NCBI RefSeq assembly: GCF_044704955.1
Contig: NC_092008.1
Coordinates: 2,294,001 to 2,358,000, forward strand
Source: Pristiophorus japonicus
Taxonomy: Eukaryota
Reading direction: 5' to 3'
DNA length: 64,000 nucleotides
The position numbers were made by a program, and so were the translations under genes. The notes under the pieces were generated by a model. It saw only the letters and a program-made list of their open reading frames with translations, was not told where the DNA came from and made no database searches. Position 1 is the first letter of the stretch. Each line of letters begins with the position of its first letter. Shown here piece by piece: positions 12,320 through 24,400 of the stretch.

Positions 12320-14045
12320 CTGAGGTCTCATATTTGACCCTGAAATGAGCTTCCGGCCTCATCTCCGTGGCAGAGCAAAACCGGCCTCTTTCCCCCTCCG
12401 TAACATCGCCCGTCGCCTCCCCTCGCTCAGCTCATCCGCTGCTGAAGCCCTCATCCGTGCCTCTGCCCCCCCCCTCTCCAGACTTGACTATTCCAACACA
12501 CTCCTGGCCAGCCTCCCACATTCTACCCGACGCAAACTCGAGGTGATCCAAAACTCGGCTGCCCCCCCCCCGCCGTGTCCTAACTCACACCCAGTCCCAC
12601 TCACCCATCACCCCCTGTGCTCACTGACCCCGTGTCCTAACTCGCACCGAGTCCCACTCACCCATCACCCCCTGTGCTCACTGACCCCGTGTCCTAACTC
12701 GCACCGAGTCCCACTCACCCATCACCCCCTGTGCTCACTGACCCCGTGTCCTAACTCACACCCAGACCCACTCACCCATCACCCCCTGTGCTCACTGACC
12801 CCGTGTCCTAACTCACACCCAGTCCCACTCACCCATCACCCCCTGTACTCACTGACCCCGTGTCCCAACTCACACCCAGTCCCGCTCACCCATCACCCCC
12901 TGTGCTCACTGACCCCGTGTCCTAACTCACACCCAGTCCCGCTCACCCATCACCCCCTGTGCTCACTGACCCCGTGTCCTAACTCACACCCAGTCCCACT
13001 CACCCATCACCCCCTGTGCTCACTGCCCCGTGTCCTAACTCACACCGAGTCCCACTCACCCATCACCCCCTGTGCTCACTGCCCCGTGTCCTAACTCGCA
13101 CCGAGTCCCGCTCACCCATCACCCCCTGTGCTCACTGCCCCGTGTCCTAACTCGCACCGAGTCCCGCTCACCCATCACCCACTGTGCTCACTGACCGACA
13201 TTGGCTCCCGGTCCGGCAACGCCTCAATTTCAAAATTCACATCCTTATTTACAAATCTCTCCTCGCCCCCTCCCTATCTCTGTAACCCCCTCCAGCCCCT
13301 ATACCCCTCCCTATCTCTGTAACCTCCTCAAGCCCCTACACTCCTCCCGATCTCTGTAACCTCCCCTAGCCACTACATCCCTCCCTATCTCTGTAACCCC
13401 CTCCAGCCCCTACACCCCTCCCTATATCTGTAACCCCCTCCAGCCCCTACACCCCTCCCTAGCTCTGTAACCTCCTCCAGCCCCTACACCCCTCCCTATC
13501 TCTGTAACCTCCTCCAGCCCCACAACACCTCCCTATCTCTGTAACCCCCTCCAGCCCCTACACCCCTCCCTATCTCTGTAACCTCCTCCAGCTCCTACAC
13601 CCATCCCTATCTCTATAACCCCCTCCAGCCCCTACACCCCTCCCTATCTCTGTAACCCCCTCCAGCCCCGACACCCCTCCCTATCTCTGTAACCCCCTCC
13701 AGCCCCTACACCCCTCCCTATCTCTGTAACCTCCTCCAGCCCCTACACCCCTCCCTATCTCTGTAACCCCCTCCAGCCCCACAACCCCCCCGAGATCTCT
13801 GCGCTCCACTAATTCTGCCCCCCTGACCATCCCTGATTATAATCGCTCCACCAGCGGTGGCCGTGCCTTCTGTTGCCTGGGCCCCAAGCTCTGGAACTCC
13901 CTCCCTAAACCTCTCCGCCTCGCTCTCCTCCTTCAAGACGCTACCTTTTTATGTGGCTCGGTGTCAAATATGGTCTGATAATCGCTCCTGTGAAGCACCT
14001 TGGGACATTTCACTACGTTAAAGGCGCTATATAAATTCAGGTTGT
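12320..14045 (+). mobile_element. L2-clade LINE 3' fragment with internal 57-bp and ~38-bp tandem expansions
   Basis: RLDYSNTLLASLP...LEVIQNSAA motif, arrays 12573-13195 and 13270-13790, tail ggcgctatataaat. Confidence 0.78.
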
Positions 14046-14086
14046 TGCTGCTGTTGATGAGGTGCGGTATGTGTCGAATCTGGGCC

Positions 14087-15030
14087 GCGGTACTGAGGGA
14101 GTGCCGCACTGTCGGAGGGGCAGTACTGAGGGAGCCCCGCACTGTCGGAGGGGCAGTACTGAGGGAGCCCCGCACTGTGGGAGGGGCGGTACTGAGGGAG
14201 CGCCGCACTGCGCTGTCGGAGGGGCGGTACTGAGGGAGCACCGCACTGTCGGAGGGGCGGTACTGAGAGAGCCCCGCACTGTCGGAGGGGCGGTACTGAG
14301 GGAGCACCGCTCTGTCGGAGGGGCGGTACTGAGGGAGCGCCGCACTGTCGGAGGGGCGGTACTGAGGGAGCCCCGCACTGTCGGAGGGGCGGTACTGAGG
14401 GAGCGCCGCACTGTCGGAGGGGCGGTACTGAGGGAGCACCGCACTGTCGGAGGGGCGGTACTGAGGGAGCCCCGCACTGTCGGAGGGGCGGTACTGAGGG
14501 AGTGCCGCACTGTCGGAGGGGCGGTACTGAGGGAGCGCCGCACTGTCGGAGGGACGGTACTGAGGGAGCGCCGCACTGTCGGAGGGGCGGTACTGAGGGA
14601 GCGCCGCACTGTCGGAGGGGCGGTACTGAGGGAGCCCCGCACTGTCGGAGGGACGGTACTGAGGGAGCACCGCACTGTCGGAGGGGCAGTACTGAGGGAA
14701 CGCTGCACTGTCGGAGGGGCCATATTTCGGGATGAGACGTTAAACCGAGGCCCCGTCTGCCCTCTCGGGTGGATGTAAAATCTCCCGGGGCAACTATTGG
14801 AAGAAGAGCAGGGGGAGCTCTCCCCCGTGTCCTGGGGCCAATATTTATCCCACGAGCAACAGACGATCCGGGTCACTATCACGTCTCTGTGTGTGTGGGA
14901 GCTTGCTGTGCGCAAATTGGCGTTTCCCACATTGCAACAGTGAGCGCGCTCCTTCATTAGTTGTGAGGCGCTTTGAGAGGTCCGGTGGTCGTGATAGGCG
15001 CTATATAAATACAAGTCTTGCTTTCTTCTT
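14087..15030 (+). mobile_element. 33-bp array + Deu-domain SINE 3' half (SacSINE1-like)
   Basis: Array runs into tcggatgagacgttaaaccgaggccccgtctgcc and ends ggcgctatataaatacaagtctt. Confidence 0.8.
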
Positions 15031-15139
15031 CCTGGCCTATGGATTGCTCACCCTGTAACCTGAACCGTTGTGACACTACGCCCCTCCGGGAGCTGTAACA
15101 AACTCCCCAGTGTGGTTACACTCAGCTCATTCCTCATCA

Positions 15140-15347
15140 ACTGGATTCCTGCACTGATCCGGTGCCAAGTGTCGGATGAGTTAGGATCTCTGTGCCAAAA
15201 AAACCTGCAGCCAATGAGACGCGCGGAGGGCGAGACTGAATTCCTTCACTGGGAAGGGAGGCTTGAAAGCTCATCGGCCGAGGTGCTGGGGCAGAGCGGT
15301 GATTGGGACGGGCTCTGCGTGCACTCTCTGAACGTTCCTGCAGCAGC
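15140..15347. promoter_or_regulatory. Putative bidirectional promoter with two oppositely oriented CCAAT/Y-box elements
   Basis: CCAAT at 15211-15215 (CTCATTGG on -) and TGATTGG at 15300-15306 on +, in a short unique island between repeats just upstream of the WA ATG. Confidence 0.5.
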
Positions 15348-15432
15348 ATGACCTCGTTGGCCAACGTGGGAGCGCGTGTCTTCCTACTCATCGCGCTGTC
15401 TCTGACCACGGCAACACGGGCAACAGATCTCG
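15348..15432 (+). CDS. WA: WA exon 1, signal peptide [28 protein letters not shown]
   Basis: ATG in gcagcATG context, hydrophobic core, phase-1 donor G|gtgagt. Confidence 0.85.
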
Positions 15433-18400
15433 GTGAGTGCGCTGTGTGTGTGTGTGTGTGTGTGAATGCCGACGTTTGTCTGCTCCTCTCTCCAAGGGTT
15501 TAAGTCACGTGGAGAGATTGCAAAAAAACAGGGACGTGCCCCCCCCGGGAATTTAGAAGTTTAACGGGCGAACTGTTCGACGTTTTCAGGATATCAGGGG
15601 GAACAGAGGATGGGTAGAGAGAGACAATCTCCGCAGGTTGGGGGGTCTCGGACTAGGGGGCAGCTTCTCCTGCTCCTAATGTAACAGGCTCGAGGGGCTG
15701 AACGGCCTCCTCCTGTTCCTAATATAACAGGCTCGAGGGGCTGAATGGCCTCCTCCTGCTCCTAATGTAACAGGCTCGAAGGGCTGAACGGCCTCCTCCT
15801 GTCCCTAATGTAAGGCTCGAGGGGCTGAACGGCCTCCTCCTGTTCCTAATGTAACAGGCTCGAGGGGCTGAACGGCCTCCTCCTGTCCCTAATGTAACAG
15901 GCTCAAGGGGCTGAACAGCCTCCTCCTGTCCCTAATGTAACAGGCTCAAGGGGCTGAACAGCCTCCTCCTGTCCCTAATGTAACAGGCTCAAGGGGCTGA
16001 ACGGCCTCCTCCTGTCCCTAATGTAACAGGCTCGAGGGGCTGAACGGCCTCCTCCTGTTCCTAATGTAACAGGCTCGAGGGGCTGAATGGCCTCCTCCTG
16101 CTCCTAATGTAACAGGCTCGAGGGGCTGAACGGCCTCCTCCTGTCCCTAATGTAACAGGCTCGAGGGGCTGAACGGCCTCCTCCTGTCCCTAATGTAACA
16201 GGCTCGAGGGGCTGAACGGCCTCCTCCTGTTCCTAATGTAACAGGCTCGAGGGGCTGAATGGCCTCCTCCTGCTCCTAATGTAACAGGCTCGAAGGGCTG
16301 AACGGCCTCCTCCTGTCCCTAATGTAACAGGCTCGAGGGGCTGAACGGCCTCCTCCTGTTCCTAATGTAACAGGCTCGAGGGGCTGAACAGCCTCCTCCT
16401 GTTCCTAATGTAACAGGCTCGAGGGGCTGAACGGCCTCCTCCTGTCCCTAATGTAACAGGCTCGAAGGGCTGAACGGCCTCCTCCTGTCCCTAATGTAAC
16501 AGGCTCGAAGGGCTGAACGGCCTCCTCCTGTCCCTAATGTAACAGACTCGAGGGGCTGAACGGCCTCCTCCTGTCCCTAATGTAACAGGCTCGAAGGGCT
16601 GAACGGCCTCCTCCTGTCCCTAATGTAACAGGCTCGAAGGGCTGAACGGCCTCCTCCTGTCCCTAATGTAACAGGCTCGAAGGGCTGAACGGCCTCCTCC
16701 TGTCCCTAATGTAACAGGCTCGAGGGGCTGAACGGCCTCCTCCTGTTCCTAATGTAACAGGCTCGAGGGGCTGAACGGCCTCCTGTCCCTAATGTAACAG
16801 GCTCGAGGGGCTGAACGGCCTCCTCCTGTTCCTAATGTAACAGACTCGAGGGGCTGAACGGCCTCCTCCTGTTCCTAATGTAACAGACTCGAGGGGCTGA
16901 ACGGCCTCCTCCTGTTCCTAATGTAACAGACTCGAGGGGCTGAACAGCCTCCTCCTGTTCCTAATGTAACAGGCTCGAGGGGCTGAACGGCCTCCTCCTG
17001 CTCCTAATGTAACAGGCTCGAGGGGCTGAACGGCCTCCTCCTGTCCCTAATGTAACAGGCTTGAGGGGCTGAACAGCCTCCTCCTGTCCCTGTGTCCTCG
17101 CTGTGCATCGTGGGTCACAGGATTGGTCTTGTGACCTTGTCCTACCCCTGAGCCGACCCTGCCCCCTGGCCGTGGGGTTTGGGGGTGAGAAGGCGCGGCG
17201 GGGGGAGGCGTGCCATTTGCTTTCGCCGCGGGGCACCGGCCCCAAGCCATCGCTGGGCGCTTGCGGAGGAGGGGAGGGAGGGAGTCTCCTCTTGGCGAGG
17301 TTCTCCAGCGGAGTTTGGAGTTTGAAAAGGGCAGCGGGCGGGCCGGGTTGAGTGGAAATGGACGGTCTGGGGCGGGGGTGCTGGGGCGAGAGGGGGGAGA
17401 AATTCGGTATTGCACCGTAACCGCCGTGGGGCCAGACTTCCTGCGAGCGAGACACGAAAGTCCCACCCCGCGACAACGGAATCGAGCTTACGTAATGTCG
17501 CGCACTCCGCTTCCCCTGGGGGGCGCTAGCTGCAGGAATAGCGCTGGCCGTGTCACTGGCCCCGCCCCTTCCGTTAACGTCCGACACTCAATCATCAGCC
17601 GGTGTCGCCGGCGGCGCTAACCTGCGGCACTTGCTCACCGTTAACCTGCTCGCCCATGCCCAGTTTGGGTTCCGCTAGGACCACTCGGCCCCTGACCTCA
17701 GTGCAGGCCTTGGTCCAAACACGGGACACAACGCGCTGAGTTCCAGAGGTGCGGTGAGAGTGACTGCCCGCGACATCAAGGCAGCATGTGACCGAGTGTG
17801 GCATCAAGGAGCCCCGGTAAAACTGACGGTCAATGGGAATTAAGGGGGAAATCTCTCCACTGGCTGGAGTCATACCCGGCACGGAGGAAGATGGTTGTGG
17901 TGGTTGGAGGCCAATCCTCTCTGTCCCAGGACATCGCTGCAGGAGTCCCTCAGGGCAGTGTCCTAGGCCCAACCGTCTTCAGCCAATCCATCAATGACCT
18001 TCCCTCCATCATACGGACAGACGTGGGGATGTTCGCTGATGATTGCACAGTGTTCACTTCCATTCGCAACTCCTCAGATAATGGAGCAGTCCGTGCCCCA
18101 CATGCAGCAAGACCTGGACAACATTCAGGCTCGGGCTGATAAGCGGCAAGTAACATTCGCGCCCCACAAGTGCCAGGCAATAACCATCGCCAACAAGCGA
18201 GAGTCTAACCACCGCCCCTTGACATTCACCAGCATTCCCATCGCCCAATCCCCCCACCATCCACATCCTGGGGGTCACCATTGACCAGAAACTTCACTGG
18301 ACCAGACACATAAATACTGTGGCCACAAGAGCGGGTCAGAGGCTGGGTATTCTGCGACCAGTGTCTCACCTCCTGACTCCCCAAAGCCTCTCCACCATCT

Positions 18401-21400
18401 ACAACCCACAAGTCAGGAGTGTGATGGAACACTCCCCACTTGCCTGGATGAGTTGCAGCTCCAACAACACTCGAGACGCTCGACACCATCCGGGACAAAG
18501 CAGCCCCGCTCGATGGGCCACGCGACCCACCGCCTCCAACACTCACTCCCTCCACCACCTCCAACACTCACTCCCTCCACCACCGGCGCACCGTGGCTGC
18601 AGTGTGCACCGTCCACAAGATGCACCGCGGCAACTGGCCAAGGCTTCTTCGGCAACACCTCCCGAACCCGCGACCTCTACCCGCCTAGAAGGTCAAGGGC
18701 AGCAGGTCCATGGGAACACCACCCCCTCCACGTTCCCCTCCCAGTCACACACACACCATCCCTCGACTTGGAAATATATCGGCCGTTCCTCCATCGTCGC
18801 TGGGTCCCAATCCTGGACCTCCCTCCCTAACAGCACTGTGGGAGCACCTTCACCACACGGGACTGCAGCGGTTCAAGAAGGCGGCTCACCCCCACCTTCT
18901 CAAGGGACGGGCAATAAAACAGTCATTGTTCTTTGAAGTAATTCCTTGTCACATGCACACGACCCAAGTGCCAGGCAATGACCATCCCCAACAAGCGAGA
19001 TTCTAACTACCTCCCCGTTGACGTTCACCGGAGAGACACGAGAGTGTGTCCCTCAAGTACAAATGTCTAACTTTCTCTGCTATCTTCCCCTTCCTAGACT
19101 GTGAATCAATGGCGGAACAAATCTATTACACTTACACGCAGGGTGCGGAGAGAATCCTCGACATCTTCAGCGTCAATGCCACCCCCTTCCTGATCTACGA
19201 TTTCGGAGCGCGAACCTTTGTCATCAACGAGAAAGAGACGGACGGCAAGGAGGAGCTGGGTCCGGAAGAAGTGAGCTTTTATAGTGACAGGGCTCAAAGT
19301 TTGCAAGCTCGCCTACGCGGCATCACCAAGGAAATGATAACGCTGACAAACGGCACAAGCATCCCCAGCAGTAAGTCGCGGGTGTTTGTTCTGTTCACTG
19401 TCATTCTTAGAACTCGGAACTCATGTTGGGAGAGGACAACATTTTAGGCTTAACCCAGTGTCCGTTTTATTACGCAACAAAAAAAACCGACGGAAAAAAC
19501 TACAGGACTAGACTTCTGAGAGAAATTGACTGAAGACATACAATCGCCATTCCTGGCTGTAGCTATTGTAAGAACATAAGAATTAGGAACAGGAGTAGGC
19601 CATCTAGCCCCTCGGGCCTGCTCCGCCATTCAACAAGATCATGGCTGATCTGGCCGTGGACTCAGCTCCACTTACCCGCCCGCTCCCCGTAACCCTTAAT
19701 TCCCTTATTGGTTAAAAATCTATCTATCTGTGACTTGAATACATTCAATGAGCTAGCCTCAACTGCTTCCTTGGGCAGAGAATTCCACAGATTCACAACC
19801 CTCTGGGAGAAGAAATTCCTTCTCAACTCGGTTTTAAATTGGCTCCCCCGTATTTTGAGGCTGTGCCCCCTAGTTCTAGTCTCCCCGACCAGTGGAAACA
19901 ACCTCTCTGCCTCTATCCTGTCTATCCCTTTCATTATTTTAAATGTTTCTATAAGATCGCCCCTCATCCTTCTGAACTCCAACGAGTAAAGACCCAGTCT
20001 ACTCAATCTATCATCATAAGGTAACCCCCTCATCTCCGGAATCAGCCGAGTGAATCGTCTCTGTACCCCCTCCAAAGCCAGTATATCCTTCCTTAAGTAA
20101 GGTGACCAAAACTGCACGCAGTACTCCAGGTGCGGCCTCACCAATACCCTGTACAGTTGCAGCAGGACCTCCCTGCTTTTGTACTCCATCCCTCTCGCAA
20201 TGAAGGCCAACATCCCATTCACCTTCCCGATTACCTGCTGCACCTGCAAACTAACTTTTTGGGATTCACGCACAAGGACCCCCAGGTCCCTCTGCACCTC
20301 AGCATGTTGTAATTTCTCCCCATTCAAATAGTATTCCCTTTTACTGTTTTTTATCCCCCAAGGTGGATGACCTCACACTTTCCGACATTGTATTCCATCT
20401 GCCAAACCTTAGCCCACTCGCTTAGCCATTGTAGGTTCGTGGTCGTTGGTTCCGTGACCGGTTGGTGGTCCTTCTGCCCGTTCTCCGCAGCTGTTCTCGT
20501 TCCTGTCTTCCCGTCTCTCCATTTGTCGTTCTCCACCTTCTTGTGTTCCTGTGTTCCTATATTTATATCCACAGTATGAATAAGTTCCCCGCTGGGCCGG
20601 GGTCCGATTAATGCGCCTGGATCGAGGTGGTGATTTGTTTGACCTCGCTGTAGTGGTGAGTTTTGATTGGCTGCTAATTTGCACACGGCGTCGGCAGGGC
20701 AAGAGATAACTCCTTATCCTTAATGCCCCGTTATCCAAAAATGTGCATTTCGTAGGGTCCTTTGTAGTCCTGGTTCCTTGCAGACTTGTAGTCTCTGGGG
20801 TGAACTGTTTTACCCCCTGCGGCCAATCAATCCCGGGGCACCGCGGATAAATAGTATCAGTCTCTTTGTCTGTATCCATAACCCAAATTTAGTCCTTGCC
20901 GACTGAGGTTGCTTTTAATAGGTGATGAGTCACCACTTGCCTCAGGCTGGTGCCGTTTCCTCTCCCAGGTAGTCCAAAAAGGTAGTTAAAACAGTTTGTC
21001 CGTGGCCTCTTCCTGTGCCTTGTTCCAAGAAAAATAGGTGTACCCTTACACTCCCTCCTTTTAATGTCTCTTGTACGCATTCTGAGTACTGACATCACTG
21101 CGGTTTGGTGGGTCGGGCCGGGAGTGGAGATCTGGGTTGAAGTCCGGTCCTGCTAGGCGATGTTACGGAGGTGGAAATAGGCGGTCTTAGTTACCCTGCG
21201 GAATTATGGTTGAAAGCTCGTTGCAGGTTCAAACCCATACCACACAGCACTGCCCCCCCCCAGTCCACAAGATCCACGGCGTGGCCCTGGACAACGTGAA
21301 CCACTTTCCGTACCTTGGGAGCCTCTTATCAACAAGAGGTCCAACATTGCCTCCAGTGCAGCCTTCGGCCGCCTGAGGAAAAGTGTGTTCGAAGACCAGG

Positions 21401-24400
21401 CCCTCAAAACTGCCGCCCAGCTCATGGTCTACAGGGCTGTAGTGATACCCGCCCTCCTGTATGGCTCAGAGACATGGACCATGTACAGTAGACACCTCAA
21501 GTCGCTGGAGAAGTACCACCGACGCTGTCTCCGCAAGATCCTGCAAATCCCCCGGGAGGACAGACGCACCAACGTTAGCGTCCTCGACCAGGCCCAACAT
21601 CCCTAGCATCGAAGCACTGACCACACTCGACCAGCTCCGCTGGGCAGGGCCACATTGTCCGCATGTCCCCCCGACACGAGACTCCCAAAGCCAAGCACTC
21701 TACTCGGAACTCCTTCACGGGCAAACGAGCCAAAGGTGGGCAGAGGAAACGTTACAGGGGACCACCCTCAAAGCCCTCCCTGATAAAGTGCAACATCCCC
21801 ACCGGCACCTTGGAGTCCCTGGGCCCAAAGACCAGTCCCGCCCTAAGTGGAGGGAGTGCATCCGGGAGGGCGCTGAGCTCTTCGAGTCTCGTCGCCGAGA
21901 GTGGGCAAATGCATGGCAGATGCAGTATAATGTGGATAAATGTGAGATTATCCACTTTGGGGGCAAAAACAGGAAGGCAGAATATTATCTGAATGGTGAC
22001 AGATTAAGAAAAGGGGAGGTGCAACGAGACCTGGGTGTCATGGTACATCAGTCATTGAAAGTTGGCATGCAGGTACAGCAGGCGGTGAAGAAGGCAAATG
22101 GTATGTTGGCCTTCATAGCGAGGGGATTTGAGTATAGGAGCAGGGAGGTCTTACTGCAGTTGTACAGGGCCTTGGTGAGGCCTCACCTGGAATATTGTGT
22201 TCAGTTTTGGTCTCCTAATCTGAGGAAGGACATTCTTGCTATTGAGGGAGTGCAGCGAAGGTTCACCAGACTGATTCCCGGGATGACAGGACTGACATAT
22301 GAGGAGAGACTGGATCGACTGGGCTTATATTCACTGGGGTTTAGAAGGATGAGAGGGGATCTCATAGAAACATATAAAATTCTGACGGGACTGGACAGGT
22401 TAGATGCAGGAAGAATGTTCCCGATGTTGGGGAAGTCCAGAACCAGGGGTCACAGTCTAAGGATAAGGGGTAAGCCATTTAGGACCGAGATGAGGAGAAA
22501 CTTCTTCACTCAGAGAGTGGTGAACCTGTGAAATTCTCTACCACAGAGAGTTGTTGAGGCCAGTTCGTTAGATATATTCAAAAGGGAGTTAGATGTGGCC
22601 CTTAGGGCTAAAGGGATCAAGGGGTATGGAGAGAAAGCAGGAATGGGATACTGAGGGAATGATCAGCCATGATCTTATTGGATGGTGGTGCAGGCTCAAA
22701 GGGCTGAATGGCCTACTCCTGCACCTATTTTCTTTGTTTCTGTTTCCTCGATTTTGAGCGACTACCTATGATGATATGAGAGGGCACACGGGGCCTCAGT
22801 TTAACGTCTCATCCGAAAGCCGGCATCTCCGACAGTGCGGTGCTCCCTCAGTACCGCCCCTCCGACAGTGCAGCGCTCCCTCAGTACCGTCCCTCCGACA
22901 GTGCGGCACTCCCTCAGTACCGCCCCTCCGACAGTGCGGCGCTCCCTCAGTACCTCCCGTCCGACAGCGCAGTACGGCACTCCCTCAGTACTGTCCCTCC
23001 GACACTGTGGCACTCCCTCAGTACTGCCCCTCCGACACTGTGGCACTCCCTCAGTACTGCCCCTCCGACACTGTGGCACTCCCTCAGTACCGCCCCTCCG
23101 ACACTGTGGCACTCCCTCAGTGCCGCCCCTCCGACACTGTGGCACTCCCTCAGTGCCGCCCCTCCGACACTGTGGCACTCCCTCAGTACTGCCCCTCCGA
23201 CAGCGCAGTGCAAATGCACTTCTCTCCCCGCGCTCCCCCAGTTCCTGTTCTGGTTCCTGGGGCCCCCCCTCCGACAACAAGGGAACCTTTGGAGACCGGT
23301 AACGCTATCATTTCCGTTGCAGAGAAGCCAGAAGCCGAAATCTACACGGAGAAAGACTACGCACCGGGCCGGCCAAACATTCTGTATTGTTACGCCGAGA
23401 AATTCTACCCATACAAGATTGAAATGAAGTTCCTGGTCAATGGAAGTGAATTTGCCGGGCAGGTCCATTCACTCCCGGTCCTGGTGGAGGATGATTGGAC
23501 CTTCAATGTCTTCGCCTACATCCGGATTGAGCCACAGGACGGGGACACTTACAGTTGCCAGATTGATCACCGCAGCCTCGACAAACCGCTGACAGTTGTG
23601 CTGGGTAGGTCAAGTAGGGATACACGGGCAATGGTGGATGGGTAAAGGTCAGCTGGTCCATCCAGGATGTCCCACACAATTGTGTATCACTCAGTACTGC
23701 CCCTCCGACAGTGCGGCGCTCCCTCAGTACTGCCCCTCCGACAGTGCGGCGCTCCCTCAGTACTGCCCCTCTGACAGTGCAGCGCTCCCTCAGTACCGCC
23801 CCTCCGACAGTGCGGCACTCCCTCAGTACCGCCCCTCCGACAGTGCGGCGCTCCCTCAGTATCACCCCTCCGACAGTGCGGCGCTCCCTCAGTACTGCCC
23901 CTCCGACAGTGCGGCGCTCCCTCAGTACTGCCCCTCCGACAGTGCGGCGCTCCCTCAGTACTGCCCCTCCGACAGTGCGGCGCTCCCTCAGTACTGCCCC
24001 TCCGACAGTGCGGCGCTCCCTCAGTACTGCCCCTCCGACAGTGCGGCGCTCCCTCAGTACCGCCCCTCCGACAGTGCGGCGCTCCCTCAGTACCGCCCCT
24101 CCGACAGTGCGGCGCTCCCTCAGTACCGCCCCTCCGACAGTGCGGTGCTCTCTCAGTACCGCCCCTCCGACAGTGCGGCGCTCCCTCAGTACCGCCCCTC
24201 CGACAGTGCAGCGCTCCCTCAGTACCGCCCCTCCGACAGTGCGGCACTCCCTCAGTACCGCCCCTCCGACAGTGCGGCGCTCCCTCAGTACCGCCCCTCC
24301 GACAGTGCGGCACTCCCTCAGTACTGCCCCTCCGACAGTGCGGTGCTCCCTCAGTACCGCCCCTCCGACAGTGCGGCGCTCCCTCAGTACTGCCCCTCCG

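Noticed and set aside
15665-17092. CRISPR-like regular arrays
   Set aside because: Head-to-tail repeats with no unique spacers, no cas genes, vertebrate context.
20409-20879. 156-aa ORF as a nested gene
   Set aside because: No recognisable domain; it lies within a probable LTR remnant and ends in CR1 sequence.
21461-22531. 356-aa ORF as an intact or chimeric retrotransposon protein
   Set aside because: Chance fusion of an off-frame RTE fragment with a CR1 ORF2 C-terminus; no full-length LINE is present in the window.
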